64,000 bases of DNA from Macrostomum lignano. Taxonomy: Eukaryota. Where the stretch lies: the NCBI GenBank assembly GCA_002269645.1, contig NIVC01002026.1, positions 147,380 through 211,379 on the forward strand, in the 5' to 3' direction. The position numbers and the translations under genes were made by a program. Within the stretch, counting starts at the first letter, position 1. Each line of letters opens with the position of its first letter. A model generated the notes under the pieces. It did not search any database. It saw nothing but the letters and a program-made list of their open reading frames with translations, and had not been told where the DNA came from. This document shows, in pieces, positions 12,149 through 21,885 of this stretch.

Positions 12149-13355
12149 CTGCGAGATTTTTATCGATTTAGAATTTAGATGTATAAAAAAGGTATTAAGC
12201 ACTTAGCTTTGTGCAGTAAAATTAAAGACATTCTTACATGTTGTTGCACCTTTCGTGACCTAAATACTCTCGGTAGCGCTCCCTTTCAGCTTGCAGTCTG
12301 CCATCTCGCGCACCAGGTGACTCTTCTGCTCTACACTGACCTGAGCGCGCCCTGTCAGCTAGCAGTCTCTGCATTTCTCGCAACCGGCGACTCTTCTGCT
12401 CTACGCTGACCTGAGCGCTCTCGCTCGGCTTGCAATCGAGTGTCACAAACGATAGGAGATCCCATAGCAAGGCGTCTCTGCTTGCTTAACTGCCTTTCTA
12501 GCAGACGCAGCTCACGGGCCTCAGCAGTCTCCTCTCTACGGCGCCTTTTTGCCTCGCGATTTTTCTGAGCAGCGCTTTTAGCTCGACGGCGAGCCATCAG
12601 AGTTAAAAGCAACTTTTGTCAACTCAAGCAATATAGATGCAGTATAGACACAAGCAATGTAAAAGTTCGAAGAAATGAAGAAACTGAAATACCGGTCGGA
12701 CAGATCTAAGAGATTTAGTATATTGTGATGATGATGATGATGAGTATATTGTGATGAAAATCTTAGACAATTAGTATAGTTGGATTTGCGCACATTAATT
12801 GCCTTTGTCAAATACTCATTTACAAAGGTGGGCACTTTCAAGGTGGGCACTCATTTTGGCGCCGCAGGCAATCAGCACTAAGCCTCAATACGCGGTCTTA
12901 ACTTGTCAAACCTCCAACTTTTATCAGCACGTCGACCAACTGTGTCCGCATCGGCTTCACCCGCTTCCAGATTTTCAATATGTAGAGCAAACCACCGCGC
13001 TCTCCAATAACTTAATCCTTATCCTAATCCTGTATTGCATGTATTTCTGGCGTTTTAATTAGAGACTTTGTTTAAAACTTAGAAATAAAATAATAAAACA
13101 AAATATTCAGTTTTTTGTGTTTAGCTAAACTTTTACGCGATAAATTATTTTTACAAATAAAGCGTTTTATTTCTGAGGTGAACATTTTACTCATTGGTAT
13201 AAACTTTGTTCATCGCGACATTCTGAACGGAAAGAAGATTTGGCAGTGCCTTTTATTGAGCCAATGCTATCATTTATACGCTCGTAGTTTTGTTTTGTTT
13301 TTCTGCGGATTCTGCATTGAAAAATTAAAAATTGAATTTATTCCCAGTTGAAAAT

Positions 13356-13959
13356 TTAGAACGTTGTGCAGTTGAGCAGCCAGAGCAGGCAGGCGGCGAA
13401 ACTGATGGCGGATGCAGCTGAGAGGCTTCCTTTTCTACTGGCCGAGTTGCACTTGTCAGAAGTGCACGCGCTGCAGGTGACCGATAAAGACTTGGTAGCA
13501 ACAGGCATCTCCATACTGCAATCTCCACAAACTCCACCAGCCTGAAAATGAGGTAAATAACAGTCTACAGTACTGTGTACTAATATGAGTGCTCAGGAAA
13601 ACTATCAGACTCAGTGCTGCGCAGCTGACTCACGAAATATTTGCCATCTTGATAGCCGTGCATTCGTTTACAGTGTTTAATTTTTTTATCATCGGAAAGC
13701 TTTGTCACTTTTAAAATTTTTTTTAGTTCTTCATTGCAGTTTAAAGTTTTAGGAGTCTCATCCTTCTCAGCATCATATACATAGCACTCAAGACTGTTGG
13801 TCACGGCTGCAAGACAAATTGTATGCAGGACATGTAAATGCAATAAGATATAACAAAGTACATTTGCCCATCATATAGTCAGAATGGCTTAATTAGCTTA
13901 CCAATACACGCAGACAATAGAATGCCGATAGAGGCAAATGTTTTTACGTTAAGCGGCAT
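13356..13959 (-). CDS. Ly6/uPAR (three-finger) protein with signal peptide and GPI-anchor-like tail, 3 exons
   Basis: Exons 13959-13902, 13806-13634, 13541-13356 with GTAAG/GTGAG donors and consistent phases. Product MPLNVKTFASIGILLSACIAVTNS-LECYV...C...C...C..C...CSACTSDKCN-SASRKG..hydrophobic tail. Eight Cys in the mature domain, LxCY start and C..C.xDxCN end. AATAAA about 100 bp downstream. Confidence 0.85.
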
Positions 13960-15363
13960 TGCGTTAATCCGGCCGAGAAATCTGCGATTTAATTGATTGA
14001 TTTTTATTATGATTTATGCTTCTGAGCGGTAAGACTTCGATATCGATTCTTGTTTCTGTATGGTGGCTCGAATACGAGCGTAGTTCAACCTCTCGAATCA
14101 AAGCCTGTTTTTGCTGCCAACTCGACACATTCTATGGTAATAACTGCTGCAAATGCGTCAAGTAGTGGAAACAAGTTTTTTTGCACTTAAACCTCACGAG
14201 GCCCACGCGCAGAATGAGGCTGCATGCTAAAAGTTTAATTCAAATTGCTCAGAACTGTCTGATGGGTTTCGACCTTTCAGGCCCCTTGTGAGGAAGCCTT
14301 CGGGCCTCAGGCCTCAGAAATAAATCAATTAGAGTCCTGGCCCCCCACTCCGGGACTCTCGAAATCGGGCTTCCGACTAGAAGGGGCTTTGCACTTACCT
14401 GCCAACTAGTGTCTTTTTGCTGTCAATCTCGAAGTCATAGCCGATGATAAGGGACACTGCTGGGACTAGATCGCATTGGCCATGCAGGTACAGAGGGGAC
14501 TTGTGCAGGGGATTCTTGCAGTGGCGAGTCTATGGGGTAGCTACATGTACTATTACATTGCTAAATACGAAGATATGTACTTTTGGCCTTCAACACGCCA
14601 ACTAGCCTCTCATAGCGCTGATGATAGACTAACTCGAACTTCGGAGACCGCATGATTCATTACCCGAGCCGCTTGGCTAACCTAGAGTGCACAAAGTACA
14701 TCTCTGGCGCCGATTCTGCACTTCTGGCAGTTTTGCTCACTGATTTGATTGATTGATCGACTGAGAACTGCCTTGCCATTGGTCCACTGTGACCGGCGCC
14801 TACTAGCTTAGCTACTCATCTGAGCCATCGGCGAACAAAGAAATAAAGCCGATAAAAATAACTGTTAAATTTAACCTTCTCCTTAGATCACTTCACACCT
14901 CAGATTGAATTGGAGTTTCAGACTACTAGCAGTATTATTAAGTGATTTCTTCCTCAGTAACAGCACTACTGAACAAAATGAGCAAAAGTGTGCGCCTAAT
15001 CCAGCTACTGAAACAGGGGACAGACAGGGAATCACCCAATCAAGCAAGTCTAGGTAGCCTCTCACCCAACCAATCAGAAACTCAACAGCCGGAGACCAGG
15101 TAATCCACAGTGACCGAATCGGCTTGATGCTCTGTAGCTGCAGACTCGGGATGATGCTGTCAAAGTCTTCGCTGATAGCTAGCAGGTGATGATCTTCGCT
15201 TGATGTTCGCTGCTGACGACCGGGGGACTCGTCCTTGATGATGATGGGGGAAGTCGCAATCCGGGGATCAAGAAACGACGGTCAGTTCCGGGCCGGTGGA
15301 GTAGGAACCAGGCCAGAGTCGGAACAGGTACCGGTTGAGGTCCTAGCGGGCCAAAAACACCGG

Positions 15364-15494
15364 TTTAAATAGCCGCCAACTGGACCGCAGTTTGTTATAA
15401 TGGAACACGTCGATTCTGATTGGCTGAGCCGTTTTGTTAAAATGAGCGCCGAATTTTCTGATTGGCTAAGCTTGTTGCTACCCAGAATCACGTG
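15364..15494 (-). promoter_or_regulatory. Putative Pol II promoter (E-box, two CCAAT boxes, TATA-like element)
   Basis: On the minus strand: CACGTG (15489-15494), AGCCAATCAGAA twice (about 15458-15467 and 15416-15425), TATTTAAA (15364-15371), then a GC-richer stretch ending in a GTGAG donor at 15065. The target transcript is unknown. Confidence 0.35.
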
Positions 15495-16404
15495 ACCGAG
15501 AGATCCTATCAGTTCCCACAGGGTCGAAAAAAGATGACAGGTGCGGCCATAAATCACTCAAAATCGCAACAAAATGATTTATGACTTTTCGCGTAGGATT
15601 GACAGAAATTAATGAAAAAATATACATTAGAAAGCTCTTATTAAATAGAAAGTGAAGATAATGAAGAGAAATTGCTAATCGCTAATCCCAAAGTACTTTT
15701 AGGGGTAAAACGCATAGCTGTCAAAGCTCTCACACGCTTGAGTGAACACGAACAATAGGCTCTGACCTCATAAATCTTGATGGCCTGTCAAAATGATGAG
15801 AAAAAAGCTGCCGCCCGCATCCTCTCAGACCATCTGGCGCCCGTCTCAACACTGAATGAGGCGCAGGTGGCTGTCAGACCAGCTTCGAAAGCGATGATTT
15901 ATGACCCAAAAAGCTGCGCCTATGTAATTATGACTACTAGTATGACATTATATCTAGTATAGATTCTTTGACAATTCGCAGAAAAGGATAAAAATGCCCA
16001 CTGCCCACTGTTAGTAGGCAAGTAAGTTTAGAGCCCATGTGCTAGCGCGGGATTTGGGAAAAAGTGCGTCCTCATCATGTCGCTATAAAATTATTTTAAT
16101 TTATGATAATTAACTCTGATTGACTGGAAATGTGCATTGAATACTACTGATCGGAACTTTATATAAGTATGAGCGAGCCTGAGAGCTGAATTTCTATATT
16201 TCTGGACTGCCTTGAGCTTTGAGCTTTGAGCTTTGAGAAGGGATTTTTTCTCTCGCCTGCCTCAATGGAGCAAATAAATTTTGTTTGAGGCTTACTCGCA
16301 GGTAAGGCAGAGATGGAAACGACTAGTACAGATAATTACAGCTACATGTAGATCGAGAAGGCAATTAAGGGTGGTATTGCTCCAAAATGGCTGGCAAATG
16401 TATT

Positions 16405-16560
16405 TGGTGCCCCTGGCGCCCCTGGTGCTGGCGCCACTGGTGCTGGCGACCCTGGTGCTGGCGCCGCTGGTGCTGGCGCCCCTGGTGCTGGCGCCCCTGG
16501 TGCTGGCGCCCCTGGTGCTGGCGCCCCTGGTGCTGGCGCCCCTGGTGCTGGCGCCCCTGA
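16405..16560. repeat. 15-bp tandem repeat (GGTGCTGGCGCCCCT)n, about 10 copies
   Basis: Direct inspection of the sequence. Confidence 0.95.
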
Positions 16561-16841
16561 TCCTAAAGTTTCTGGCTATGTTTTGAAAAATCCGTCCTGT
16601 AAAAGTACACTGCAAATGAAAAAAGAGCTTGATCTCTTGCGTTCATCTCTGAAAAACACACACCGCTTCTTTGGGAATTCGGGAGTCCAAGACTGACACT
16701 TTGGAAATTCTGCTTTGTCCTTCGTCCTTCTGGAATTGTCTGACACTTTCATCTGACGGAATTGCCTGACACTTTCATCTGACAATTGTTTTGATACTTG
16801 TATCTGACGGTTTTTCTGAAACTTATAATAACAATATTTGA

Positions 16842-17137
16842 TTACACCTGCCCTAAATGGCCAGATGTGCAACCGACAGCTCAGTCGCAGCTATTTGCGC
16901 AGCGCATCTGAAGGCTGCGTACGGCTGTTCAGTCCAAGGACTGGGAGGGGGGTCGCCACACACATCTTCAATCACCCCAGCTAATGCTCGCACCCATTTT
17001 ACAGCTGGGTGAACTGAAGCAACTTGCAGAGTTGAGTGTCTTGCTCAAGGACAACGTTCCGAGTGGGATTGGGAATCGAAACCCCGACCTTACAGTCGTG
17101 AGTGGCCGTCGCTCTAACCACCCGGCTGCAACCCGTC
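16842..17137 (-). mobile_element. tRNA-derived SINE, full length
   Basis: A-box-like GCAGCCGGGTGGTTAGAGCG and B-box-like GGTTTCGATTCC. Central GTCCTTGAGCAAGACAC...CACCCAGCTGTAAAATGGG resembles CORE/Nin-type SINE domains. Five more copies in the window. Confidence 0.85.
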
Positions 17138-17544
17138 TTGGATGTAACAAATAGATTAAAAATCAGAAATAAATTTTAACTGCAATCATCTAAATTTAAT
17201 ATATTGTAGTAAGCCATTTATGTAAATTTAAAAAGCAAAAATTACCAACATAATTGAACTTTATTACATGCTACGAATAACAATAAATGATTTCGAAAAA
17301 AATTCAATAAGTCAATGTAGTCTACCATAATTTAGTATTGAAGAATATGCATTCACACATTTCTGAAAGTCAAAAGTCATGGTGAAAGAAAAAGAAATTT
17401 AAACGCAGAACATTTTTTACATGCAATAAAACCTAAAATTGCAAAAAATTAATCTAGAGGCTGACTAGAATGGCTTTACAGTTATTAATTAGCTTATTAT
17501 CAGCGCGCAAAATTTATAATCAGTTCACATGAAGTTGCAAGGGT

Positions 17545-18085
17545 TCATGTCCAGACCAGATGGAGTTTCGATAAGGATCCATGCCCAGTCCAGATCGAGT
17601 TTAAAAAAGGTCCATTCCCAGTCCAGCTGGAGTTTCGAAAGGGTCCTTGCCCAGTCAAGATGAAATTTCAGCGTCCATTCCCAGTCCAGATCGAGTTCTG
17701 AAAGGGTCCATGCCCAGTCCAGATCGAGTTTTAAAAAAAGTCCATTCCCAGTCCAGTTTGAGTTTCAATAAGGGTCCTTGCCCAGTCCAGATTGAGCCTT
17801 GAAATTGGGTCCATGGCCAGTCTAGATCAAGTTTTAAAAAGGGTCCATGACCAGTCCAGATTAAGCTTGAAAGGGTCCATGACTATTCCAGATCGAGTTT
17901 ACAAAAGGTCCATTCCCAGTCCAGTTGGAGTTTCGATAAGGGTCCATGCCCAGTCCAGATCGAGTTTCAAAAAGGTCCATATGCGCAGTCCAGATTGAGT
18001 ATAATAAGGGTCAATTTCCAATCCAGATCCAGTTTCAAAAGGGTCCATGCCCAGTCCAGTTGGAGTGTCAAGGGTCCCTGTCCAG
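17545..18085. repeat. About 34-bp degenerate tandem repeat (CCATGCCCAGTCCAGATCGAGTTT...) directly 3' of the SAM gene stop
   Basis: Recurrent CCAGTCCAG core at 33-35 bp spacing. Confidence 0.85.
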
Positions 18086-20732
18086 TCAGTTGCCGCAGGC
18101 CCAGCGCGCCATCCGCAGTTGGCTGGCCGCCTGCAGCCGGCAGACGCACTGGAACAGCTTCACCGCCGGGCCGAGCCGCAGGCCGAGACAGGCCAGCACG
18201 TCGCCCCTGCGCAGCAGCATCAGCGCTTCGCCGTCGATTTCTTGAGTCCGGAAAGCCGCCGCCGCCTCGGCGAATCCTCGAGCTCGGAGCCAGTCGGCGA
18301 CTTCCTCGATTGTCCAGGCGGATGCGTCGACGTCGTAGATGGAAGAATCGTCGTCCAGATCGTCGTCGTAGTAGTCGGCATCGTCCAGATCTTCGGTTTC
18401 GGATTGCTCTTCAACTGATTTGCCTGTTGCTGCTTTTGCTGAGTCGATTGCTTCTGCTGTATCGGATTCTTCTTTTTCTTCTGCAGTTGTGCAGTCGTCT
18501 GCTTTTGCTGGCTGGGGTCCGTCGACTTGCTTGCTGGAGATGAGGTTTGCGGAGTTCGTTGAAAAATTCAAACGATCTTGGGAGGGGCATATCTTCTGGT
18601 GGAGGAGCGGACCTTTTAGAGGAAAGGGCGGATCTTTTGGTGGGAGGGGCGGATCTCTGATGGGAGGGGCGGATCTCTGATTGGAGGGGCGGATCTTCTG
18701 GGGGAAAGGGCGGATCTTCTGGTGGAGGAGCGGACCTTTTAGAGGAAAGGGCGGATCTTTTGGTGGGAGGGGCGGATCTCTGATGGGAGGGGCGGATCTC
18801 TGATTGGAGGGGCGGATCTTCTGGGGGAAAGGGCGGATCTTCTGGTGGAGGAGCGGACCTTTTAGAGGAAAGGGCGGATCTTTTGGTGGGAGGGGCGGAT
18901 CTCTGATGGGAGGGGCGGATCTTCTGGGGGAAAGGGCGGATCTTCTGGTGGGAGGGGCGGATCTTCTGCTGGGAGGGGCGGATCTCTGGAGGGAAGGGCG
19001 GATCCTTTAGTGGGATGGGCGGATCCTCTAGTGGGAGGGGCGGATCTCTGATGGGAGGGGCGGATCTCTGATTGGAGGGGCGGATCTTCTGGGGGAAAGG
19101 GCGGATCTTCTGGTGGAGGAGCGGACCTTTTAGAGGAAAGGGCGGATCTTTTGGTGGGAGGGGCGGATCTTCTGGGGGAAAGGGCGGATCTTCTGGTGGG
19201 AGGGGCGGATCTTCTGCTGGGAGGGGCGGATCTTCTGGGGGAAAGGGCGGATCTTCTGGTGGGAGGGGCAGATCTCTGATGGGAGGGGCGGATCTTCCGG
19301 TGGGAGGGGCGGATCTTCCGGTGGGAGGGGCGGATCTTCTGGTGGGAGGGGCGGATCTTCTGCTGGGAGGGGCGGATCTTCTGGGGAAAGGGCGGATCTT
19401 CTGGTGGGAGGGGCAGATCTCTGATGGGAGGGGCGGATCTTCCGATGGGAGGGGCGGATCTTCTGGTGGGAGGGGCGGATCTTCTGCTGGGAGGGGCGGA
19501 TCTCTGGAGGGAAGGGCGGATCCTTTAGTGGGATGGGCGGATCCTCTAGTGGGAGGGGCGGATCTTCTGATGAGAGGGGCGGATCTTCTGGTGGGAGGTG
19601 CGGACCTTCTGATAGGAGGGGCGTATTTGGCGGTGCAGAGGGGCGGATATTGTAGTAAAAGAGGTGAATTATTAAGAATCTGCATCAAAACAAGTATATT
19701 GTTGACTCACATTAAGTCGCTGCTGCCTTCGGTCGCATCTGCAGGCTCAGCTGTGCAGCCGATGGCACAGTCCATTGAAAGCTCATCTCTGTGAGATTCG
19801 ACAACAGACTTTCTCAAGACTTCACTTTCGATAACTTCGTCCTTCAAATAGCCCCCAGGCTGCTCAGTCTTGACCACCGCAGGCGCTAGGGCAGAAGCAG
19901 ACGAAACGGTCAGATCCAAAGCTTGAAACGGCTCAACCTCTTCATCTTTGACTTCAGCTTTGGAACAGCTGGAATTTGAGACGGCTGCTGCTTGAGCAGA
20001 ATCGGTCGCTTGAGTCTGCTTTCGCTTCTTTTGAATCGCTCGCTCCCCAGTTGAGCAGGTGCTGGCACTTGATGATGATAGTTTGTTGCGCCACTTTGCC
20101 GCATTGCGATATGACACCGAGCCCTTGTACTCAACACGCAGCACCGCGCCCTCCTCTACTAGGCGTTCCAGAGCTCTCGCGATTGTCTCCCGAGGCAGGC
20201 CAAGCTGCCGCGACATCATCGAGCAGATCCGATCAGCGTCTGGACGAGCTTTGCGCTCTCTGAGACGGTCAATGATTGACAGCAGGCTGGATTTGAGACT
20301 GGCCGGATTGCTGTCTATGGCCGAAGGCTCCGGTGTTGGCAGAGGCGTCGGCAGTTCGGCTGCAGCAGCTGCAGACGATGTAATTACATGAGACTGCTGT
20401 AACAGCTGCTCATGTTGCAGCATCAACTGTTGCTGCTGAGCCAGAAATACTTGGCTGAGATTGTGCTGCACATGTTGCTGAGGATGATGATGGTACATGT
20501 AAAGAGGATGCTGGGAAGCTGGTGGATAAAATGCAGCGTAGGCGTAGTGCTGGCTCAAAGCAGCTGCAGCTTCTAAAAGCAGAGCGTGCTGCTGCTGCTG
20601 CTGTTGCTGTTGTAGCAGCTGGTGCTGCTGAAGAGGCAGAGGCCAGTGGCTGTTGCTCATCCCGGATGTCGACGCAGCAGCAGCCGCAGCAGTGGAGCTT
20701 TTTGAAGAAGCGACATACATGTCGGATTTCAT
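18086..20732 (-). CDS. SAMD1: SAMD1/atherin-like chromatin protein (N-terminal polyQ/H, SAMD1-type winged helix, acidic linker, C-terminal SAM domain)
   Basis: Exon 20732-19711 has LLSIIDRLRERKARPDADRICSMM...LERLVEEGAVLRVEYKGSVSYRN, matching the SAMD1/KAT6 winged helix. Donor GTGAGT at 19710. The inferred acceptor at 18534/18533 gives the SAM frame WTIEEVADWL..GF.EAAAAFRTQEIDGEALMLL..GLRLGPAVKL. Start codon and acceptor are inferred. Confidence 0.85.
18578..19625. repeat. 21-bp G-rich minisatellite (GGGAGGGGCGGATCTTCTGGT)n with a roughly 123-bp higher-order unit, filling most of the SAMD1-like intron
   Basis: Direct inspection. The six-unit variant block recurs at about 18590-18900 and 19050-19160. 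Confidence 0.95.
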
Positions 20733-21885
20733 GACTGAACTATGAGTATTAAAAATCGCTGGAGATTTCTTGGAATCGCGTCAAATGTCTTAAGATCGTC
20801 TTTGTCCGGCGGTTGGGAAGCTGCGTCTCAGGCCGTCCTTAATACTCGTAGCCACTGCTATATAGAATATACTAATACTATATAACATAGGAAGACCGAT
20901 GGGGGAGGGAGAGGGCGGGGTGGGATGGGAGGCGGTCGGGTCGCCGGGGCTGTCGGCCTGTCGCTTGCGTCGCACGCACGCACAGCACAAGAAGGGTAAA
21001 GGATGGGGCAGCGGGGGGGGCGGTTGGCCAGGGGGTTGGGGGCGGGGTGGTTGGTCGATCGCCGCCCCAAGGAGTTTCCGAGGCTCGAGAGTTGGCGGTT
21101 AGCTGGCCTGGCTGGGGGCTGACTAACACACAAAACGGTTGGCTTGGGCTCTCTCGAGAGCGCGGAGAAAGAGAGGCTAGCGGCGCGAACACACTGGCAG
21201 GGAGGCTCCGTGCTTACTTAGCGGCTGGAGGGCCCTCTCTCCCTTGGGGGTTTTGGGCGGGTGGTGAGAGAGACGAAGCGAGGAAGCGATGGATGGAAGC
21301 GGCGGTGGCAGCGGCCACCGGGCACCCCTTAGCTTCCCAGCGCGCGGCGCATGCAATCAAAAGAAGTAAAAGGAAGGAAGATTGAAAGAAGGAATAAAGA
21401 GAGGCCGCCCATGGCCAAGGAGATTTGGAACTAGAATCTGGAATAGACAGCTCTGCAAAAAATCATTTTATTTGGCTACAAGAGTCAAGACACCTCCCAT
21501 TGCGGTATATACGCTCTGGTGATGGTAATTATTCACTCCGGAGCAACGCCTTCGGAACGCAACCAATACTGTTACGTAGACACCAAGAGAGAGGATAGAA
21601 ATCCCATATACTGATCTCGATGCCAGTGGCGGGCGGAACCCGACAGATGAAAAGAAGAAGCAAAAAAAGATTTGAGCATATGAATAAGTAAGCAAAGTAG
21701 CGAAGCTTACTTGACTGACAGATCAGAGCGAGTGTGATAGAGACACAGAGAGAGAGATGCATCTAACCCCCCCCCCAGTAGAGCTCTAACCTTTAGTTAG
21801 TCGGTCACGCAAGCGGGAGAGAGAGAAAGAGAGAGAGAGAGAGAGAAAGAGAGACAAGACCGCGAGCGAAGCCAAATAGACACAT

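Larger units (their letters stand above)
1205..12597 (-). pseudogene. Helitron OTU-Rep-helicase (RepHel), 11 exons, inactivated
   Basis: Exons 12597-12238, 12148-11687, 11553-11479, 11307-11191, 11057-10467, 10376-5174 (split by the LTR element), 5007-4665, 4098-3783, 3601-2580, 2502-2107, 1972-1205. All 10 GT-AG introns are phase-compatible and several rejoin canonical motifs: EYQKRG|LPHVHLL (HUH), MDNR|FVVPYNP, ILGFE|MHNRFPPV, GGQTAHST|FKIP, LLMQ|IGSG. Helicase motifs include DAPAGTGKT, WDEISM, GGDFRQLLPVV, TIHKSQGQS, GQLYTALSR. Lesions: frameshift near 12380, stops at 10994-10996, 10958-10960 and 5416-5418, frameshifts near 5250 and 2328. Confidence 0.93.
1..12784 (-). mobile_element. Helitron (rolling-circle transposon), formerly autonomous type, degenerate; 3' end probably beyond the left window edge
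   Basis: Minus-strand 5' end A|TCCAACTATACTAAT at 12784, a typical Helitron TC start. It is followed by a spliced RepHel gene and an RPA70-like gene in the same orientation. No convincing minus-strand hairpin+CTAG 3' end was found inside the window. Confidence 0.9.

Noticed and set aside
16842-17137. tRNA gene
   Set aside because: The A/B-box head is fused to a SINE body found in multiple copies, and I could not fold a complete cloverleaf.
18411-19794. 425-aa Pro-rich and 240-aa Gly-rich ORFs
   Set aside because: Artefacts of the 21-bp intronic minisatellite. The real SAM exon uses a different frame.
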